Assembly (NCBI GenBank): GCA_024275415.1
Contig: JAJRZD010000105.1
Location: forward strand, 1 to 32,000
Source of the DNA: an archaeon
GTDB lineage: Archaea; Asgardarchaeota; Thorarchaeia; Thorarchaeales; Thorarchaeaceae
DNA: 32,000 nt
Reading direction: 5' to 3'
Part shown: piece by piece, positions 26,157 through 32,000 of the stretch
How positions within the stretch are numbered: position 1 is the stretch's first letter
Layout: each line of letters begins with the position of its first letter
Translations under genes and position numbers: made by a program
The notes under the pieces: model-generated
What the model saw: only the letters and a program-made list of their open reading frames with translations
The model's database searches: none
What the model was told of the DNA's origin: nothing

Positions 26157-26194
26157 CGACTTTGCCGTAACTATGTTTCAAGTCCCTGTGTATC

Positions 26195-26224
26195 GAAAAT
26201 GGAAAAGAGGGGCATTGAGCCCCT
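26195..26224 (-). terminator. Hairpin plus U-tract terminator of pepF
   Basis: AGGGGC-loop5-GCCCCT (26208-26224) followed by cttttccattttc on the minus strand, 7 nt after the pepF stop. Confidence 0.65.
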
Positions 26225-26231
26225 GTTTGTT

Positions 26232-28013
26232 CTAGAGTGTATCTTTGAACATATCGACGAATTCTGAGAACTGATCGATGCCCTTCTGCCAGAAGTCTTC
26301 TTTGGTGATGTCAAACCCAATCTCAGCAGCTAACTGACGTGGACTTTTGCTTGAGCCAGCGGCAAGCAAATTCTTCAGTTTCGGCACGAAATCCTTCCCC
26401 TGTTCTTTGTAGAGCTTATACATTGCGAAAACGAACAGCTGGGCGTACACGTAAGGATAGTTATAGAAACGATAGTTGGGGATGTAGAAGTGAAGCTTCA
26501 TGGTCCACCACCACTTGTCCTCGGGAATCCATTCCACAGCATCACCGAAGATACGATCCCGAGCCTCGACCCAGAGTTTGGAGATGGCTTCCCCGTCAAG
26601 AAGCTTGTTCTTCTCAATTGCATCGTAGATTGATTGCTCGAAGAACACTCTCGCAGAAACCTGATATGCGGCGGCAACAAACTCATCGAGCACGATTGCA
26701 AGGATCTCCTGTTTTCCCTCTTTGGACTCGACCTTCGAGAGCAATTTCTCAGTGAGCAGGAGCTCTCCGAAAATGGAGCCGGTTTCTGCCACGCAGCTTC
26801 CAATCTCATAATTCGATGGCTTTTGTGCTCTCGTGCCCAGATATGCATGCATAGCATGGCCAAGTTCATGTGCAGAGGTATAGATGTCCCCAATTCGCTC
26901 ATTGTAGCTTTGAAGGATGTATGCACTCTTCCCATTGAACCATGTAGAGCAGAATGCACCCGATCGCTTTCCCGAACGCACTTCAGCATCCAAATGCCGT
27001 TTATCGTACATCTCCTTTATCCAAGTGCCTACCTCGTAATCGAAGTCTGTGTACGCATTAACCACAAGTTCCTTTGCTTCATTCCAGTTCCATTTCTTAT
27101 CTGGAACGTTAGGGAGCGGGGCGGATAGATCCCAGTTCCCAAGGATGTCCAGACCCATGACCTTTGCCTTGAGCTTCAGATAGTCGCGCACCATACCCAC
27201 GTTCTTCTCAATCGTGTTCATGAGTGCCTGTATCGTTTCCTCATCTACATCATTGTCGATGAGGCTTTGTGTCATGGGACTATCCCACTTTCGCAGCTTG
27301 GTCATCTGGACATGGTCGGCATTGATGGCTTTGAGTGCGGATGACCACAAGAGATGATCCTTCCCCAATGTGCCAAAGACGACTTCCATCGCTCGTTTTC
27401 GGAGGTCTCTATTGGGGCTTTGATACAATCCCGTGATTTCACCATAGGACATTTCCTTCATCTCACCATCGACCTCTATCTTGAAGGTGCGTGTTGAAAG
27501 CCAATCATTGAACAGGTTCCACAATGCTTGGATCCCGTTGCGGTCTTTGATGATGATGATCTGTTCTTCCTCTTCACTCAGGAAATGAGGGGATTTCCTC
27601 TGGATTCTCTCTAGATAATGCTTGTATTCAGCAACAGCACTGTCGTTTATGATATCGGGATTTTTCGTGAGGAGTTTGCCAAGCTCGATGTCAATGAAAG
27701 CTAGGTTCTGCCCCATCATCATGTATGATGTCTGGGAACGATCATATAGTTTCTTGTTGACATCAGTAGTATTGTCAGCCGAGTAGGACAGCGAAGCGTA
27801 TTTGAAGGGGCCTTCGTACCTCAGTCTGAACTCGTCAATTGATTCCAAAAGATCCTTGATCTGTTGTGCATTGAATGACTCGATCTTGCCCCGATACTTG
27901 TCCCGAAAACTCTCTGATTCTTTCACAGCGGCAGACATACGTTCTTCGATCCATGCAGGGTCGTCAAACTCCACTAGATGTGTTAAATCCCATCTCATTT
28001 CTTCAGTAGTCAT
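26232..28013 (-). CDS. pepF: Oligoendopeptidase F (peptidase M3B)
   Basis: N-terminal WDL, RSGKRSGAFC, HELGH zinc motif, AETGSIFGE, HFY...FYNYPY; 593 aa. Confidence 0.95.
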   Translation of the reverse strand: MTTEEMRWDLTHLVEFDDPAWIEERMSAAVKESESFRDKYRGKIESFNAQQIKDLLESIDEFRLRYEGPFKYASLSYSADNTTDVNKKLYDRSQTSYMMMGQNLAFIDIELGKLLTKNPDIINDSAVAEYKHYLERIQRKSPHFLSEEEEQIIIIKDRNGIQALWNLFNDWLSTRTFKIEVDGEMKEMSYGEITGLYQSPNRDLRKRAMEVVFGTLGKDHLLWSSALKAINADHVQMTKLRKWDSPMTQSLIDNDVDEETIQALMNTIEKNVGMVRDYLKLKAKVMGLDILGNWDLSAPLPNVPDKKWNWNEAKELVVNAYTDFDYEVGTWIKEMYDKRHLDAEVRSGKRSGAFCSTWFNGKSAYILQSYNERIGDIYTSAHELGHAMHAYLGTRAQKPSNYEIGSCVAETGSIFGELLLTEKLLSKVESKEGKQEILAIVLDEFVAAAYQVSARVFFEQSIYDAIEKNKLLDGEAISKLWVEARDRIFGDAVEWIPEDKWWWTMKLHFYIPNYRFYNYPYVYAQLFVFAMYKLYKEQGKDFVPKLKNLLAAGSSKSPRQLAAEIGFDITKEDFWQKGIDQFSEFVDMFKDTL

Positions 28014-28093
28014 CGTGAATCAACAATTGTGAACCTGATACTCTCCTTTATGAGTCCAACGGAATATGCCACGCTCACAAAGGCGGTCTAGTA

Positions 28094-28702
28094 TCAATCC
28101 GACAGACGCTTACGGGTGCTACGCTTCCGGCTCTTCTTGACTCCATATATACCAGCAGCGAAAATGACTCCAGCAATCGCCATCACAATCAGACCTACCC
28201 ATACGATGGGTGACTCAATGCTTGGTGTCACCACGAACGGTCCGACTAAATTCTCTGGAGACAGGGCTTGGAAGAATGCTATGTGTGTGGCATTCCTGTA
28301 CGCACCAGACACCATGACAGCAAAGTAACATTCGGTTCCGCTGTCAGTGCTGGCGAAATTAAATTCGGAAGTGAAGTTGGCAAAGGTCACACCTGTTGTA
28401 ATGGGTGTTCCAGACACCTCGTCAGCTGCCATCAAAATATAGTCTGACTGATCGGCTTCCACCTTGTTCAATATCACATCTATCCTCGTGATATTGACCT
28501 GTGTCATCTGGTCTATGAGTGGCTCAACGCTGATAGTGACGTTGACCTTCTCGTTAAATGGGGCTGTCCAAGGTGTATTAGCTTCAACTGTCACAAACAC
28601 CCGGACACCGTCATCGCTGTAGGACACTGGTTCATACCGTATCGAAGACATCGGCACAGGCATGACCAACAGGATGAGGAAAACCACCGATACCCGCTTC
28701 AT
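28094..28702 (-). CDS. Small secreted beta-sandwich protein with C-terminal membrane anchor
   Basis: ATG 28702 after GGAGTGA gives signal peptide MKRVSVVFLILLVMPVPMSS; beta-rich body; TM IVWVGLIVMAIAGVIFAAGIYGV; basic tail. The track start at 28837 would overlap the S9 gene. Confidence 0.8.
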   Translation of the reverse strand: MKRVSVVFLILLVMPVPMSSIRYEPVSYSDDGVRVFVTVEANTPWTAPFNEKVNVTISVEPLIDQMTQVNITRIDVILNKVEADQSDYILMAADEVSGTPITTGVTFANFTSEFNFASTDSGTECYFAVMVSGAYRNATHIAFFQALSPENLVGPFVVTPSIESPIVWVGLIVMAIAGVIFAAGIYGVKKSRKRSTRKRLSD

Positions 28703-28763
28703 ATGATTCACTCCGCACCTTCTCTCCCTATCATGCCTCTTAACTTTGTCTAATAAAGAAGAT

Positions 28764-30617
28764 CTACACGATTTCATTGAGCCACGCAAGTACTCTTGTA
28801 TATGCCCTGATCTTGTTCGACAGCCTCGAAAGCCCATGTCCCTCGTCTGAGAACCGCATCAATTCCACAGGGATGCCCTTCTTCTTCAGTGCTTCATAGA
28901 TCTGGATAGACTCGGACAGGGGAACTCGCTCATCGTTATCGCCCTGGATGATGAAAAGGGGGCAGGTGATACGGTCAACTTTGTGAATCGGGCTGATGCG
29001 CTCCAGAGTCTCAATGTCTTGTTCCAAGCTCCCATACTCGTATTCTCGGTTGGATCGTCGCCATGCAGCCGTATTCTTCAGGAACGTGACGAAGTTCGAT
29101 ATCCCGACGATATCAACTGCCGCTTTCCATAGTGTCGGGTACTCCGTGATGGCAGACAACACAGCAAACCCACCATAACTACCTCCATAGACCACGACCC
29201 GAGAGGAGTCGATGGCGTCATCACTAATCCGGATATGCTGATACAGCTGCTCTATGTCTCTTATGGCATCAAGCCTCTTCTCGACGTTGTCCATGTCAAG
29301 ATACGTCTTGCCGTACCCGGTACTGCCTCGGATATTTGGTGTTATCACCGCATAACCGGCATTGATGTAAAATTGGATGACTGGATTAAATCCCGGACGT
29401 ATCTGAGCCTCGGGCCCTCCATGGATCATAAAGACTGTAGGCCATCCCTTCTCAGGCATCTTGCCCTTTGGACAGTACTTGAAGTAGGGTACGCTTAGCC
29501 CATCGAAGCTACTGAACCGGCTTAGTGATGCCTTTGCAAACATACTCGTGTTCAGACTAGCCATCTGTACGTTGGTCGCTTTCCATGTGTTCATGGTCTG
29601 AGTATTGATAATCCAGATGTTCGCAGGCTCAACCGAGGAGCTGAGCGATATCGCCAGCTTTTTTCCGTCAGGCGAGAGAGCCATCCCCCTCGTATAGGTA
29701 CGATGATCACCGGAACCAATCACACCTTCCATGGGCAACCGGATTTCCTCGACATCCTTCATGGAGTCCTGAGTGAAACGAGCACGGTAGACACGGTTAT
29801 AGCCTTCTTCGTTCACCGAATAATAGACATATTGAGTACCTTTTGAAGTAGCTGTGTGTTCATACGGATATCTGGTAGTTCTCTCGATTTCCTCAAATGT
29901 GCCGAACTCGCCTTTCAGTGATAATGAGGTAAGCCTCATATAGTCAGAACGATGATCTGTTCTCACTAAGATGTGGTCATCATCGATGAACCCTACGGGT
30001 AGCCAACGAGAATCACGTTCGTTGAGGGACTCCGTGATTGGAGTTGTCGTGCCATCATTGAGATCGAACAGGAGCAGATTGTGTCTGGCATTCCCTTGCA
30101 TATGGTGGATTATGGCGACCGACTTGTCCTTCGATACCTCAAGGATTGCCATACGCCCCTTTGTGGTCTTCAAGATGAGCTCGGGATCATTGTTCAGGAT
30201 AGGTAATTTATGTCGATATATGTCCAGCCTTGACTTGTCTTCAATATTAGCGTTGTAATAGACTGCGTCATCATCGATAAACGTCGGGATATGCTTGGCT
30301 TTCTCGTCATCTGTTATCCAAGAAAGGTGTCCCTTAGTGTCGATGTGTCCTATCTGAAAGTTCTCATTGCCCTCGAAATCTCTGGTAAAGATAATGCTAC
30401 CATCTGAAAGGTATCTTGGGTTAGTGCAACGATCCCGTTCATATGTCAATCTGTCTGGCCAGATAGACCTTCCTTCGTCCACGTATGAATGATAGACCTG
30501 AAAATTCCCGGGCGCATCATATACGAACACAAACTCAGAGCTGTTGGGATGCCATGATGCCCCTCCTGCAGATTCAACAGCAAGGAAGCGTTCAGGTCCT
30601 ATTTCGGTGCCGGACAT
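28764..30617 (-). CDS. S9 family peptidase (acylaminoacyl peptidase / dipeptidyl aminopeptidase-like)
   Basis: N-terminal propeller region, IHGGP, PNIRGSTGYG, GGSYGG (Ser), NDERVP (Asp) and DEGHG (His). Confidence 0.95.
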   Translation of the reverse strand: MSGTEIGPERFLAVESAGGASWHPNSSEFVFVYDAPGNFQVYHSYVDEGRSIWPDRLTYERDRCTNPRYLSDGSIIFTRDFEGNENFQIGHIDTKGHLSWITDDEKAKHIPTFIDDDAVYYNANIEDKSRLDIYRHKLPILNNDPELILKTTKGRMAILEVSKDKSVAIIHHMQGNARHNLLLFDLNDGTTTPITESLNERDSRWLPVGFIDDDHILVRTDHRSDYMRLTSLSLKGEFGTFEEIERTTRYPYEHTATSKGTQYVYYSVNEEGYNRVYRARFTQDSMKDVEEIRLPMEGVIGSGDHRTYTRGMALSPDGKKLAISLSSSVEPANIWIINTQTMNTWKATNVQMASLNTSMFAKASLSRFSSFDGLSVPYFKYCPKGKMPEKGWPTVFMIHGGPEAQIRPGFNPVIQFYINAGYAVITPNIRGSTGYGKTYLDMDNVEKRLDAIRDIEQLYQHIRISDDAIDSSRVVVYGGSYGGFAVLSAITEYPTLWKAAVDIVGISNFVTFLKNTAAWRRSNREYEYGSLEQDIETLERISPIHKVDRITCPLFIIQGDNDERVPLSESIQIYEALKKKGIPVELMRFSDEGHGLSRLSNKIRAYTRVLAWLNEIV

Positions 30618-30639
30618 AACATTTCAAGACAATTAGTAG

Positions 30640-30652
30640 GGTATATCACTTT
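30640..30652 (-). promoter_or_regulatory. TATA-like box suggesting a near-leaderless S9 transcript
   Basis: GTGATATACCC on the minus strand about 25-30 nt upstream of ATG 30617; no clear SD sequence. Confidence 0.3.
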
Positions 30653-30717
30653 GTCCATCTAGGCGATGTGTCATTTATGCTGGTGGTGTGTGACTGAAAT
30701 AGGGGGTTGAGCAGTTG

Positions 30718-32000
30718 TTATTCCTCAACAATTTTGCGCTGCTTCTGAAGAATCAGCCAGACAAGACCCACTGCCATGAAGGTCTCGACACCAAGAATGC
30801 CGATGAATGCCGTTTCTGCAACGGACAGAGGCATACCCAAGACCGACTGGTTTCTTTCTCCGATTGTGACCCTGACAGTGTCAGATATTCGGTTATCACG
30901 TTCATCAACTAACCACAGAGTCACCGTATGGGCTCCAGCATCCAAGTATGACAAGTCTATAGCGATGTTATCTCCATCCCATGTGCTGTTCACTGCTATC
31001 TGACCATCGACAAGGACAGTGTAGAATACCGGGTCTGAATCCCAAGCGTACCATTCAATCACCACTTCAGTGTCATTAGTGTTATCATACGTAACGTCAT
31101 CCAAGGGAATGAGAAATGGAATTCTATCTTGATATTCGTTGATGAACATCGGATAATTGTCTACACTATTGGCATCTCCAAGTATCTCATACTTTCCAGA
31201 TGCGTTGTAGTCACTCCAATAGTTACCAAACCCTTCGCTATCGTCCCAGATGTTGTCGATGCCGTCGTCATAAGCATTCCCCATGTAATTCTTGCCTATC
31301 TCGTTGTGATATACCATGCAGTTGTCTGAATCCGACTCGAATTTGATCCCGTAACCTGCATTGTCCCAAATCACGTTCCTCGTGAAGTTAACACGATAAC
31401 TCCAATATACTGCAATGCCATTCCCTGCACAGGATACTATCTCGTTCCGTGTGACAACAGATCTCTTGACATTACTAAGAAATAGCCCCTCCATAGACTG
31501 TGTGATTGAGTTGTTTTCCACCAAAATTTCACCAGACGAGTAGACATTAATGCCGACGGTTCCTCTCTTGATAGAATTTCCCTTAATAATGGAATGAAAC
31601 GTAGATGTGATTCCGATGCCCACTCCATACTCGGTAGTGAATGTGATGACATTATCAGATATCGTGGTATAATATCCATCATAAATTATTATGTCCCCGT
31701 CTTTAATGAGGTTACCTGTAATCGCCGAGTCATCTATCTGATAGAGGTTGATAGCATGTCTATTCTGCCATGGCTCACCACCTTCCATATAGAATGTATT
31801 CTGTTCGATGACCAATTTTCTAGTATTCTCTCCACTGATACCATACCCCCCGAAGAGTTTGCAATTCGATATCTCAATATTTGACGATCTACGAATCTTA
31901 ACACTCTCGAATGACGTTTCAATGCTACACTCTTGGATGGATACATCCTTGGATCTCAAGACTGCAATTCCAACTCCACTTCCCGTCAGAGTGATATTTC
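30718..32000 (-). CDS. NosD/CASH-type right-handed beta-helix surface protein with Ig-like domain and C-terminal anchor, 5'-truncated by the window edge
   Basis: Frame is open to the edge (NITLTGSGVGIAVLRSKD...). Repeated GI.h..S....I..N.I coils, GNYWSDY...DNYP motif, an Ig-like domain, a TM helix and a basic tail. Confidence 0.9.
   Translation of the reverse strand, partial: NITLTGSGVGIAVLRSKDVSIQECSIETSFESVKIRRSSNIEISNCKLFGGYGISGENTRKLVIEQNTFYMEGGEPWQNRHAINLYQIDDSAITGNLIKDGDIIIYDGYYTTISDNVITFTTEYGVGIGITSTFHSIIKGNSIKRGTVGINVYSSGEILVENNSITQSMEGLFLSNVKRSVVTRNEIVSCAGNGIAVYWSYRVNFTRNVIWDNAGYGIKFESDSDNCMVYHNEIGKNYMGNAYDDGIDNIWDDSEGFGNYWSDYNASGKYEILGDANSVDNYPMFINEYQDRIPFLIPLDDVTYDNTNDTEVVIEWYAWDSDPVFYTVLVDGQIAVNSTWDGDNIAIDLSYLDAGAHTVTLWLVDERDNRISDTVRVTIGERNQSVLGMPLSVAETAFIGILGVETFMAVGLVWLILQKQRKIVEE

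Noticed and set aside
2192-26234. Genome-wide TAG recoding to pyrrolysine
   Set aside because: TAG ends several complete genes (giant, 7TM-longin, ferredoxin, methyltransferase, pepF with a terminator directly after), so it functions as an ordinary stop here.
28703-28837. N-terminal extension of the 28094 ORF given in the track
   Set aside because: It overlaps the S9 peptidase 3' end, and ATG 28702 has a better SD and gives a clean signal peptide.
1-32000. CRISPR array, tRNA/rRNA genes, IS elements, inteins
   Set aside because: No spaced nucleotide direct repeats, cloverleaf, transposase motifs or intein splice motifs were noticed by eye; repeats here are protein-level and degenerate in DNA.

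Overview
Gene-dense archaeal DNA, most likely from an Asgard archaeon (Thorarchaeota-like). This is inferred from two Ras-superfamily small GTPases, a longin-like domain, archaeal TATA and GGTGA-type signals, and Ig-like or beta-helix surface proteins with C-terminal anchors. Left half: a polytopic membrane protein cut by the window edge, then a probable three-gene minus-strand surface operon (beta-propeller protein, 3652-aa Ig-repeat protein with internal membrane segments, small membrane protein). Middle: a signalling-rich block with a zinc-ribbon membrane protein, a 7TM protein fused to a longin-like domain, and two methyltransferase / small GTPase / 2x[4Fe-4S] gene triads flanking a degenerate sensor kinase split by one in-frame stop. 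Right: PepF and S9 peptidases, a small anchored surface protein and a NosD-like beta-helix protein cut by the edge. The ORF track misses a ferredoxin with no canonical start codon, a collapsed surface-protein gene remnant, and two ORF pairs that are single genes split by one in-frame stop. I saw no rRNA, tRNA, CRISPR array or transposase. All family assignments come from motif reading by eye; no database search was run.
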